Origin: Trichoplax adhaerens
Taxonomy: Eukaryota > Animalia > Placozoa
DNA length: 64,000 bases
Direction of reading: 5' to 3'
Assembly: GCF_000150275.1 (NCBI RefSeq)
Contig: NW_002060945.1
Span: 8,758,011-8,822,010, forward strand
In this document: piece after piece, positions 17,488 to 35,800 of the stretch
Numbering within the stretch: position 1 is the first letter of the stretch
Layout of the letters: each line of letters begins with the position of its first letter
The notes under the pieces: model-generated
Seen by the model: only the letters and a program-made list of their open reading frames with translations
Told to the model about the DNA's origin: nothing
The model's database searches: none
Position numbers and translations under genes: made by a program

Positions 17488-20400
17488 TTAGTCCCAATTA
17501 AAGCCGAGGCGCTTCTTAGAGTTTAACGGCCGACCATATATTTTGTCGTGAGCGTTATCAGACTTTCGCTGAACATCAATCATGTTTCCATCCTCTGTAA
17601 TAGCTTGTGTACTGTGATGCATAACTTGATTTGCTGCTTTAACGAGTGGTAATGGATTTCGATCAGCTTTTTTAGTTGCCTTGATAACATTTGCGGCATA
17701 TTTCTGAAATACTTTCTCGTCTTTGAGCTCTTGTGATTGCATATTTTTGATGTAGTCACTATCTTGTTCCCTTAAGTTTTTCCTTCTTATCGTATTTTCC
17801 CCCTTGAAAATTGATATAATATTAGTAAATGCTCCTGTTCAGTAGGTCATTGAAATTGTCTACTTCATTACTGTAACGTATGTTTTAATAAAATTATTGG
17901 AATATTAATGAAGGAGTGGCAACTTGTAACTTACTATTTGTTCCAAGTTAAGCTGCTTCAATTTGACAACTGTTGTAAGTGCTTTTTTTTTCTCTTCTTT
18001 TTCCTTGACTTTCCACTGAATTACAGAGAAAGATTGATAAGATTACAAACCGATATTGTTTACCCGTAAGTAAGTTAGAATTCATCAAGCACAGCGTGGA
18101 AATAATTCCCAATCTTTAAATGTTACAAGCAGATATATATATATATATATGCAAATTTATCTACATCATAGCCTAGCAAAGGCAGCGTAAAGTTACAAAA
18201 CTTAAGTGTATGATGTAAATTTAAGATGTCTACCTCTTCATATTCTTGTTTACTCCTTTCTAGTGTCTGTTTACTCTTTTCTTTCTCTTCGGCTATTATT
18301 TTCTCATTTCGTTTAATCTATTTCCAGATATGACAAAAAAATGATACTTTTATAAATGCAATCGTCTAGCTTTGTAGCACGTTTAATAGGGTATAAAAAA
18401 TAGCACACGTACCACTTCTTTTCTATGCTTTGCGATTTCTTTTAATTGTTTTTCATTTTTTTCCTTGCGTAATCTTTCTATTTCCTGCAAAACATTTAAG
18501 CATAAATATGTCAACTGTGAACGGGCGTGAATATAAAAAAATCTCTGAATCGATGCTTGGATAAATACCTCTCTTTCTCGATCTCTCTCTGCAACCGCCC
18601 GAGCAATCCTATCATCTTCATCATCAACCTTTTGTACCATTATATTTCGTAACCTATCCACCATACGATCATTATGTTCTTTGAAGACTTTAAATAAGTC
18701 AGATTCTTTTTCTTTTCTCATCCTAATCATTCTCTATGTATTCAAAATGTAAATGCGCTTATAAGAAACCTAAGTCAATTACAATGCACCACTGAAATTT
18801 TGACCTGAGATATCATTTTAATTAGAAGTTTTTACCTTTTTAGCTTCTGCAAATAGTCTAGTTTCTTCCTCTTCTTGTTCCTGCAGCTTTTTCTCTGCTG
18901 CTTTTACCATTTGCCTGTAAGCCATTGCCTCCTTATAGTCACTCATGAGCTCTTGCTTATTCTATAGATTGTTGAAAATAATATTTTACTTTACTGTTAA
19001 ACTTAGTGACATCAAGATTAGCTATTGATAAGAAGTGCTACGAAAAAAATCAGTTTTACCTTTCTTTGCTTCTTCGCTTGTTCTTTTATTACTTGCTCAT
19101 GATTTCGCTGTTAAAGCATGAATGAAGTAAAGAGTTATATTTGGAAAACATTAGTCTTATGGTATGATTACTTTTCTAATGTACTAACCACATCATCATC
19201 GATTTTTTTTCTTTCATCTAAATCAGTTTTTATGAAGTTACTCTTTTGACTCTCTTTTTCTTTTACCCTATGATACAAAATATAGTTTTTTTATTCAACA
19301 TTAAATTATGATATGTAGGATTAACATGCTATTACAGATACGTATATTTAATATAGTAACATATAGGAATAGTAATTTTGCATAAGCGTACTGGCTTAGT
19401 TGAAAATCCGAGAATTGTTTTCGTATATCGCGACGTTTAGTTTTCTCCTCTTCCTCGCGTTTCAAGTAAGCATCATACTCATTTCTCATTTGCTGAATAT
19501 ATCTTTCATCTTTTTCCTTATTCACATCACGTCTCATTTTTTTAAAATCGATTTGAGCTTCTCTTTCTTTAAGCACTTCTCCAGTAAGGAGTGCACTCTG
19601 TAAGTTGGATATATCAATTTGCACGATTTAATTAAATTTATCATTACCAAGTATTACTAAATTATACTAATTTATCAGTAGTTGATTAAGACATACATGG
19701 AAATTTTTAATGCGATCAGTTTGAAAATATTGCAACTCCTTAGCTCTTTTAATTGCATTTTTTCTCATTTGAGCATTGTACTCGTCTTCTCGCTTATCTA
19801 ACTCCAACCGTTCTCTCTATTGATAAATATTAAACAATCGTAAGGCAATATTAATTGCAAAGGGATTATATTGGCAATTTTATTTTAAGATAGCCAGGTT
19901 AGATTGGATTTTTAATACTAACAGCTAATACTGTAGCGCATGAATATGTGGATGTGTACATGTAACTTACTTCTTTTTGTTCTTCCTTTACCTGGCGAGC
20001 TTGTAGCCGTTTCAATCTTTTGCCCTATAATGTACCGCGAAGATTCTTTAGAGTGTGAAATAAAAATAGAAATTACAAAATGATTAACTACCTCAATAGT
20101 ATTGGGCCAGTATTTTACAATTCCTTTTGACGATTCGTGTAGCGCGTCTCTCTCCTGTTTAATTGCTTTCTTCTGTTGCGCCTCTATAGCAGATTTCGTT
20201 AACGAATATTGCATTCTATCCCATTGCGATTTTGGGACCAAAGCAGTCTTTTTGATGTCGTCGACATTGATACTTTCCTGGTTTAACCGTGGTTCTCTAG
20301 CTACAATTGAAGCGATAAAATAAATTAAAAGCTCATCTTTTTGAAAATTATAACAATTATTAGTTGTTGGTAGATCATGTGCGTATCTTAAGTATGGTAG

Positions 20401-20845
20401 AGATTTCATTAAATATAATATACCATAACACTTATTATGCGCGTTAGTGCGTATAGCATCGATTATTTTATTCAATTACTCTAGTAGTATAACTATGGTT
20501 GTCATTTTTCCAAGTGGCTCTTTGGAATTGTGAGTATATTAATTTAAATCTTGTATATCTTGAGATTATTCTTATCTAATATCTGAAATTTTAGCTTCTT
20601 CAAGCTTGAATTACAACTGTGCAGTATAGCCCTTTTCACATTACAGCTACAATCAGTGACTGCTTGAATTCAATGAAGAAAAATCAACTATGCATCGTAT
20701 TTCAATATCTTATCGTTATGCACCTTTATTATTATATTCATGACAATTATAATAAAGGTTTCAATTTCAGAAATCTGTAAGGCTTACTGTATTCAACAGG
20801 AAAATGGCGACTATTTCCTTGATATATCTTGATGGTGGATGCCAT
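17488..20845 (-). CDS. CFAP210: Cilia- and flagella-associated protein 210 (CCDC173; coiled-coil, trichohyalin-plectin-homology type), multi-exon
   Basis: Spliced translation: MASTIKIYQGNSRHFPVEYTREPRLNQ...VPKSQWDRMQYSL...ALHESSKGIVKYWPNTIEGKRLKRLQ...ELQYFQTDRIKNFHSALLTGEVLKEREAQIDFKK...RNPLPLVKAA...SKKRLGFNWD. This matches the CCDC173 pattern as I recall it (V..W.NT, QT.R.KNFHS.LL, KER.AQI.F.K). Exon 1 joins exon 2 in phase 1. Confidence 0.85.
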
Positions 20846-20952
20846 TTTGGAGATGTACTATTCCCTTCTACTTCAATATTAGGACTGCTCTCACCTTGTA
20901 TGTTGTATATTTTACTAGTCAAGTTTTCGTATTCAGTAAACGGTGATGCTAC

Positions 20953-20965
20953 GTTGCTAAGATAC
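20953..20965. promoter_or_regulatory. RFX X-box-like site upstream of CFAP210, in the divergent CFAP210/EHHADH promoter
   Basis: GTTGCTAAGATAC fits the imperfect-palindrome X-box consensus and lies ~110 bp upstream of the CFAP210 ATG. Confidence 0.6.
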
Positions 20966-21043
20966 CGATTTGTCTCAGTCCAGCACTGTCGTACAGTACG
21001 TGAACAGACGCGCGGACAGTACTGTACGTAGGTGTGACTGTCC

Positions 21044-26720
<5,677 letters not shown>

Positions 26721-27799
26721 AATGTTAGCGAAAAGATGTTGGATTTCTTGTTGCTATAAAAACTCTACGACATTTTACTGATTTTTGCAATATGAAATCA
26801 TAACTTCTCTTACTGACTGCTCTGAATACAGCATTAATTAACATTTTAGGTTTAAGAACTTTCATCCGTATCATGGTATTCTTAGATGTTGCCATTCACC
26901 TTATTATGTAATTGCAGTAGAACAAAATTATTTAAATTTTGGTATCCTCAACATTAAAAGCTAATTCTAAAATGCATTTTACGTAGTATATAATATATAT
27001 GTAATACAAGGATGCTTCCTACATTTTGAGACCGTGACGGCATTTTGCTGCAATTGTTGAAAAAGACATGTATGCGTTGAACTTTTTTCGAGTTACTGTA
27101 GCTCCGTAATTTTTAGATCTTTGCTACCAATCGAGATATCGTACTGCAGTAGCCAAATCGATGGTTTTCAGCGCAGTTAATAATAACTGATGATGATCCT
27201 ATAGCAATGGACTCTCACTTAGGCTTAGTCATTAGCCACATAAGTTATATACTACCGCAGGAATATCGATAGGGTTTAGTCCTTAACTGTATACTTATTG
27301 AGTAGTAGAAGCAGTTTGCATGTACATGTTGTGTATCACAAGAGTAGAAAACCTTTACTAATTGTCAGATGAATTAATGCAGAAGTAATAGTATGATCAT
27401 TGAGCATCAAGCAAAGCCACTAAAAATTCATTTATAGTTCTAGATAAATTCGTGCAGAGAAGAGTTTGCTATCGTTATTTTTTACAGTAACTATTGGGTG
27501 CATAAACCGAAGAGCGTTAGCAGGACGATTGAGTGGGGTCCCTGGGCCTTTTGAATACTAAAAATTTATTTGTAGTTCTGGATAAAGTAATACAGGGAAG
27601 AGTTTAGTTCTTGCCAAGGCGGTGAAGTATCCAATGGCGATATACCGGTTCATTATGCTTGAGGATAGAGGCCAAGAAAAAAGTTAACCTCGACATTGCG
27701 GAACCCTATCAAATGAGAAAATCGACTCATAAGTGCTTTCTACGCGTATATCTGCTCTGCAGGAATCTACACGTAGTGTGTTCAAAAAGTTTCCATATC

Positions 27800-28150
27800 A
27801 ATAAAATTGTAAAAAATGTGACTTAAACCGACGTACAAATACAGTGTTTTATAAAAAAAGACGACTTAAACTGACATATAGTTACAGTGCTTTATATCAA
27901 CCTGTAGTGGACGAGGTAAATTTTTGACACATCTTGATAGAATTTACAGTAGTTATTCGTAAAGTTGTGGCAACTGTCTATGCAAAACCGTATTAAAAAA
28001 TTTTTATATCTATAAAATTGTAAAAATTACGCCTTAAACTGACACATAATGACAGTGCTTTATTGATATCAACATGTAGTGGATGAGCTAAATTTTTGAC
28101 ACATCTTGATAGAATTGAGTTATTCGTCAAGTTTGAGGCAAGTATCCATG
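27800..28150. repeat. Degenerate tandem duplication (~170-210 bp) leading into the 121-bp array
   Basis: TAAATTTTTGACACATCTTGATAGAATT at ~27917 and ~28089. ATAAAATTGTAAAAA and CTTAAACTGACA are also duplicated. Confidence 0.75.
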
Positions 28151-28655
28151 CAAAGCTGACGTTGATCGATGGCAAGAATGGACAGCACATTGTATATTTA
28201 TTTTCAGCAAAACATGTCGAGACTTTGGACTGATTTTTTCTCAATAAAATCATATTACATTGAATCTTCTGCAAAACTAACGTTGATCGATGGCAAGAAT
28301 GGACAGTACATTGTATATTTATTTTCAGCAAAACATGTCGAGACTTTGGACTGATTTTTTCTCAATAAAATCATATTACATTGAATCTTCTGCAAAGCTA
28401 ACGTTGATCGATGGCAAGAATAGACTGTAGATTGTACATTTACTTTCCGCAAAACATATCGAGACTTGGTAAAACACACTGTACTCTACATCACTCTGAC
28501 TGTTTTTTCTCAATAAAATCATATTACATTGAATCTTACGCAAAACTAGCGTTGATCGATGGCAAGAATAGACAATAGATTGTATATTTATTTTCAGCAA
28601 AATATATCGAGACTTTGGACTGTTTTTTCTCAATAAAATCATATTACATTGAATG
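28150..28655. repeat. Tandem repeat, 121-bp unit, ~4 copies
   Basis: GTTGATCGATGGCAAGAAT at 28161, 28282, 28403 and 28551 (one unit carries a 27-bp insert). Confidence 0.95.
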
Positions 28656-31600
28656 TTATCATCTGTGACTAAAGTTCGGCTTAGAAACAGCGATATAAGA
28701 TGGTCTATGTTATTTCAATTAGTACCAGTGACTTAGAAAAGAGGCATCCAAGATGCATCTATTCAGTTAAGTCAAGGTTAAGTAGCCATTCTTCGCCATT
28801 CTTCAACATTTCTTAACTCATTTGTAAGACTGATCGGGGTAGAATATTACATTGAATGTTATCATCTGTGACTAAAGTTCGGTTTAGAAACAGCGATATA
28901 AGATGGTCAATGTTATTTCAATTAGTACCAGTGACTTAGAAAAGAGGCATCCAAGATGCATCTATTCAGTTAAGTCATGGTTAAGTAGCCATTTTTCGCC
29001 ATTTTTCAACATTTCTTAACTCATTTGTAAGACTGATCGGGGTAGAATATTATATTGAATGTTATCATCTGTGACTAAAGTTCGGCTTAGAAACAGCTAT
29101 GTAAGATGGTCAATGTTATTTCAATTAGTCCCAGTGACTTAGAAAAGAGGCATCCAAGATGCATTTATTCAGTTAAGTCCTGGTTAAGTAGCCATTTTTC
29201 GCCATTTTTCAACATTTCTTAACTCATTTGTAAGACTGATCGGGGTAGAATATTACATTGAATGTTATCATTTGTGACTAAAGTTCGGCTTAGAAACAGC
29301 GATATAAGATGGTCTATGTTATTTGAACTAGTCCCAGTGACTTAGAAAAGAGGCATCTAAGATGCATCTATTCAGTTAAGTCACGGTTAAGTAGCCATTT
29401 TACAACATATTCACCATTTTTCAACATTTCTTAACTCATTTGTAAGACTGATCGGGGTAGAATATTATATTGAATGTTATCATCTGTGACTAAAGTTCGG
29501 CTTAGAAACAGCTATGTAAGATGGTCAATGTTATTTCAATTAGTCCCAGTGACTTAGAAAAGAGGCATCTAAGATGCATTTATTCAGTTAAGTCACGGTT
29601 AAGTAGCCATTTTTCGCCATTTTTCAACATTTCTTAACTCATTTGTAAGACTGATCGGGGTAGAATATTACATTGAATGTTATCATTTGTGACTAAAGTT
29701 CGGCTTAGAAACAGCGATATAAGATGGTCTATGTTATTTGAACTAGTCCCAGTGACTTAGAAAAGAGGCATCTAAGATGCATCTATTCAGTTAAGTCACG
29801 GTTAAGTAGCCATTTTTCAACATATTCACCATTTTTCAACATTTCTTAACTCATTTGTAAGACTGATCGGGGTAGAATATTATATTGAATGTTATCATCT
29901 GTGACTAAAGTTCGGCTTAGAAACAGCGATATAAGATGGTCAATGTTATTTGAATTAGTCCCAGTGACTTAGAAAAGAGGCATCTAAGATGCATCTATTC
30001 AGTTAAGTCACGGTTAAGTAGCCATTTTTCAACATATTCACCATTTTTCAACATTTCTTAACTCATTTGTAAGACTGATCGGGGTAGAATATTATATTGA
30101 ATGTTATCATCTGTGACTAAAGTTCGGCTTAGAAACAGCGATATAAGATGGTCAATGTTATTTCAATTAGTACCAGTGACTTAGAAAAGAGGCATCTAAG
30201 ATGCATCTATTCAGTTAAGTCAAGGTTAAGTAGCCATTCTTCGCCATTCTTCAACATTTCTTAACTCATTTGTAAGACTGATCGGGGTAGAATATTACAT
30301 TGAATGTTATCATCTGTGACTAAAGTTCGGCTTAGAAACAGCGATATAAGATGGTCTATGTTATTTCAATTAGTACCAGTGACTTAGAAAAGAGGCATCC
30401 AAGATGCATCTATTCAGTTAAGTCAAGGTTAAGTAGCCATTTTTCACCATTTTTCAACATTTCTTAACTCATTTGTAAGACTGATCGGGGTAGAATATTA
30501 CATTGAATGTTATCATCTGTGACTAAAGTTCGGCTTAGAAACAGCGATATAAGATGGTCTATGTTATTTCAATTAGTACCAGTGACTTAGAAAAGAGGCA
30601 TCCAAGAGGCATCCAAGATGCATCTATTCAGTTAAGTCAAGGTTAAGTAGCCATTCTTCGCCATTCTTCAACATTTCTTAACTCATTTGTAAGACTGATC
30701 GGGGTAGAATATTACATTGAATGTTATTATCTGTGACTAAAGTTCGGCTTAGAAACAGCGATATAAGATGGTCTATGTTATTCAATTAGTACCAGTGACT
30801 TAGAAAAGAGGCATCTAAGATGCATTTATTCAGTTAAGTCAAGGTTAAATAGCCATTTTCGACATCTCCAACATANNNNNNNNNNNNNNNNNNNNNNNNN
30901 NNNNNNNNNNNNNNNNNNNNNNNNNTACATCACTCTGACTGATTTTTCTCAATAAAATCATATTACATTGAATCTTCTGCAAAACTAACGTTGATCGATG
31001 GCAAGAATAGACTGTAGATTGTATATTTATTTTCAGCAAAACATGTCGAGACTTTGGACTGTTTTTTCTCAATAAAATCATATTACATTGAATGTTATCA
31101 TCTGTGACTAAAGTTCGGTTTAGAAACAGCGATATAAGATGGTCTATGTTATTTCAATTAGTCCCAGTGACTTAGAAAAGAGGCATCTAAGATGCATCTA
31201 TTCAGTTAAGTCAAGGTTAAGTAGCCATTTTTTAACATTTCTTAACTCATTTGTAAGACTGATCGGGGTAGAAATTACATTGAATGTTATCATCTGTGAC
31301 TAAAGTTCGGTTTAGAAACAGCGATATAAGATGGTCAATGTTATTTCAATTAGTACCAGTGACTTAGAAAAGAGGCATCCAAGATGCATCTATTCAGTTA
31401 AGTCATGGTTAAGTAGCCATTTTTCGCCATTTTTCAACATTTCTTAACTCATTTGTAAGACTGATCGGGGTAGAATATTATATTGAATGTTATCATCTGT
31501 GACTAAAGTTCGGCTTAGAAACAGCTATGTAAGATGGTCAATGTTATTTCAATTAGTCCCAGTGACTTAGAAAAGAGGCATCCAAGATGCATTTATTCAG

Positions 31601-32322
31601 TTAAGTCCTGGTTAAGTAGCCATTTTTCGCCATTTTTCAACATTTCTTAACTCATTTGTAAGACTGATCGGGGTAGAATATTACATTGAATGTTATCATC
31701 TGTGACTAAAGTTCGGCTTAGAAACAGCGATATAAGATGGTCTATGTTATTTCAATTAGTACCAGTGACTTAGAAAAGAGGCATCCAAGATGCATCTATT
31801 CAGTTAAGTCAAGGTTAAGTAGCCATTTTTCACCATTTTTCAACATTTCTTAACTCATTTGTAAGACTGATCGGGGTAGAATATTACATTGAATGTTATC
31901 ATCTGTGACTAAAGTTCGGCTTAGAAACAGCGATATAAGATGGTCTATGTTATTTCAATTAGTACCAGTGACTTAGAAAAGAGGCATCCAAGAGGCATCC
32001 AAGATGCATCTATTCAGTTAAGTCAAGGTTAAGTAGCCATTCTTCGCCATTCTTCAACATTTCTTAACTCATTTGTAAGACTGATCGGGGTAGAATATTA
32101 CATTGAATGTTATTATCTGTGACTAAAGTTCGGCTTAGAAACAGCGATATAAGATGGTCTATGTTATTCAATTAGTACCAGTGACTTAGAAAAGAGGCAT
32201 CTAAGATGCATTTATTCAGTTAAGTCAAGGTTAAATAGCCATTTTTCGACATCTTCCAACATATTCGCCATTTTTCAACGTTTTTCGCCATTTTTGAACT
32301 CATTTGTCAGCCTGGTCGGGGT
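28641..32322. repeat. Tandem satellite, ~203-bp unit; ~11 copies left of the gap and ~6 right of it
   Basis: GAATGTTATCATCTGTGACTAAAGTTCGG at 28651, 28854 and onward. Near-identical units, interrupted by the N gap and by one 121-bp-family unit at 30926-31090. Confidence 0.97.
30876..30925. other. Assembly gap (50 N)
   Basis: Run of 50 N characters. Confidence 1.
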
Positions 32323-32876
32323 AGAGTAGATGCAAGAAGCTTGCCAATCCAACGGGTGTGAAAATTACAGGTACAGTATCAAGGTGTAAAGTAGTATACG
32401 GGTATGCATACTCATCGTGTATCAATTGTCCAGCAAGAATCATCATACTAATTTATGATGTAACATGACTGCGCTTAAAATAGAAATGACTGACGATGCA
32501 AAAAATCAGTCGAGCCAGGAGCTTTTGATACATTGGATAGTTTACTTTTTCTTACACGGCTTTCTTATACTATTACATTACGTGATATAGAGTGTTTGGG
32601 TAGTTGTACTACAGCCAAGCTGGGATAGGAAGAACCTTTATAAGATCGTCCAACTCGCCATTTGACGATAGAAATTTATTCCATTGCCTATTGCACAAGC
32701 TATCGGCAATAATTATAATTGGATAGACTGTCCTGTAGCTATTTTACCCTTTTGGTGGTCATCTTGATCTATTTTTTCCATACTTGCATCATCTAGACGT
32801 ATCCAGACTGGACGACAATTTGTGGACTGGCCATTTCAATTGTGTTTACTATTTGCAAAAAGATTTCAATATTAGC

Positions 32877-35800
32877 ATGCAACAACATTCGTGCAAGGAT
32901 CAAGAACAAAGTAATCGTGCCAAGGGTGGAAAATATGCTAGGCATGATCGCAATGGCAATGACCGTCACAATCGATCATCAACCGGTGCAAATGACGAAG
33001 GAGAATGCTATCCTAAAGTTAAGGAGTGTCCAATAGACAACCAAGCTCAAATCAATCCTGGAAATAAATTCCAATATACGCGTCATCAGGACGAAAGTGG
33101 TGCTAACCGCTTCTCACGCGGGTATAATCATAACAATTATAATAGTCGACGTCCATCGAAGCAAAATGATCAACAAGATCGTCATGCTAACAACTACAAG
33201 AAGAATTATAAACGCCATCCAACTAGGAATGGAACGCCACAAGAAAACCCCTTTCACGATCACTCCAATCAACCTTATGGTAACAGATCTCATAGGCATC
33301 AATTCCACCAGCATACTACGACGGACTCTCGCAAACAACCTTTATCCTATGATCAAATCACTCAAACCACACAACAAGCCCAATTCAATCCTACAACGAA
33401 CGATACTCTCTCTACCGATGTACAAGATGTCTATGCACATCCATTAGAAATGAACAATAATCAGCCTACTCCTAGATATGATGATAGATATGATGAAAAC
33501 TATGGAAAACGACATCAAAATGATAAAGATAGCAATGTTCGATATTCTGATGGAGTCAAGAATCATGATAGAAATAGACGTAAAAGTTGGAATAGAGAAC
33601 GTGATACCCAGAAATATACACGTAGAGGTAAAGGCAGAGGTAAATTGAGTAGTAGGAAAGAATCCAAGCAAGAAACTGCAAATTCTACCAATGATCATGA
33701 CAACAACGTTCAGGATGATCAATTAGATAAGAATAATCCTAGCCGTAAAGATGAAAACGAGTTGAATTATAAAATCAATAGAAATAGTGTCGATCAACAC
33801 GAAATTCCATTACCACCAAGTAAAACTACTCGACATAGAAAAGGTGACAGATACGAAAACTCTTTTCAAGCAAATTGGAGAAATTCGCATGGCCATAATA
33901 ACAACAACAACAACAAAATTTCCAATATTAATGTTCGATATATGAAGGTAACAGACTGAAGACGGTATTCAAGTAATGTTCAAGCATAGCCTTTTGAAAT
34001 CTCTATTTTGATTAATATCAGCATTTTATAATTGAATATCGAATCTAGAAGAAGAATATCCCTCCAAATATACAACGACAACATGATGAAAATCAAATGG
34101 ACATACTTATCGAACAGTTACATAAAGAAGAATATGATTGCATGATCTGTTGTGAAGCTGTTAAAATCAACTCTCGAATTTGGAGCTGTCAGTCATGCTT
34201 TCACATTTATCACTTACCGTGCATTAGGAAATGGGCTACTTCGTCTGCGGCTAAAAGTGAAGGCAAGCATACGCTCAAACAATATAATCAAAGGGATTGA
34301 ATACTTGATTGATTTATGACAACTAATAGAAAGACTTTTATGCTTAGATTTACCTTAATTTAACTATACGTCAATATTTCTAATCAAAACTTCAAAAAAA
34401 AACTACAAAAGTTTTACTACTATTTTTGAACAATATTGCCTTCCATCTCAAACAAATAGAATCCAGCGAGCAATGGAGATGTCCAGCATGCCAGAATTTA
34501 ATAGATTACGTACCCCATCATTATAAATGCTTTTGCGGTAAGATTCTATCCTACGTATACGACAAAGAGAATGGACTTGATATCTCATCAAAATGAGGTA
34601 TTATAACTATCTAATTCAGTAATGGGTACCTGTACTTGATTGTTATATAGGTAAATCAACCAATCCTAAACCTGATCGCTATGGCTACAGTGTGCCACAT
34701 TGTACGTCCATTATCTAGTTAAAATACTGACCTTTCAGGATAAATGAGCGATCGAGAAAAGAATTTAATTTCATTTTTAATCGTTTCAGCTTGTGGAATG
34801 TTATGCCATAAGAAACGTTCAGTAGAACATTGTACTCATCTCTGCAATATGTAAGCAGCAATTTACTTAATTAATTAAAATAGAATGTTATAGTGTCTAA
34901 TATACCACGCAATACAGTAAACTGTATGAATTTGAATGGTAGAAAACGATGCATTCGTGTATAATTTATAAATGTAAAATAACCACGTATAGGCCTTGTC
35001 ATCCAGGACCATGTCCACCTTGCCCTGCCACAATTAATAGAAAGTGCTCATGTGGTAAATCTAGGTAGCTAACGTAGGATGTACGCTTAAACTTAAGCTT
35101 ACATTGCAATTTTATTATTATCATTATTTGAATCTTTCATGGATCACAATTGTAGATTCTTGAGTCACTAAATAATACGAAATTTCAAATATCCTTTTAG
35201 TACTCGAGTCCGCTGTGGCGTATTAACAGAAATTAACTGTGGCGTAGAGTGCAATAAATTACTTTCATGTCAAACGCACTACTGTAAAGAAATTTGTCAT
35301 GCAGGTAATTGCAAGTGTTTACACGCAAAGAAAGATCGATATCATAATTTATCTTCATTTCAAGCAACTGTCACAAAACCTACGATTTCCACGGTAACCA
35401 TTACTGTTTTTGTTGGACATATTTAGGAGACTGTTCACCCTGTGAATTGATCATTGATCAAGGTAATACATGCGTATAGTAGTATATGTATAGGAACAGA
35501 GGATATAAAAACTCAGTTTTTTCTAGTGATAACCTACCCTTGTTAATATCATGATAAAATATGCGTTTTTAATTTCATCAATGCGTGTTTTTTCTATTAC
35601 AGGATGCTATTGTGGAAGTAGTTCACGTCAAGCATTATGTGGTACAGGTTTGTAAAGCAAATTAGTCGATAGAAGGACTGAAACAATTGCCTATGGTCAT
35701 ATTATGATATTAATCACGGGATAAATTAAATTTAATAGGCGACATGTCAATAAATTCTGATGGTAAAATTGGATATTATTCTTGCGAAAATATCTGTGGA

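Noticed and set aside
17931-18020. Apparent in-frame TGA or frameshift in a CFAP210 exon
   Set aside because: Counting the 9-T run correctly restores an open frame (WKVKEKEEKKKALTTVVKLKQLNLEQI). No selenocysteine or recoding is needed.
28641-32322. CRISPR-like or hammerhead/retrozyme array
   Set aside because: Whole units repeat with no unique spacers and no cas genes, in a eukaryotic context. By eye I found no CTGANGA...GAAA hammerhead core on either strand of the 203-bp or ~175-bp units.
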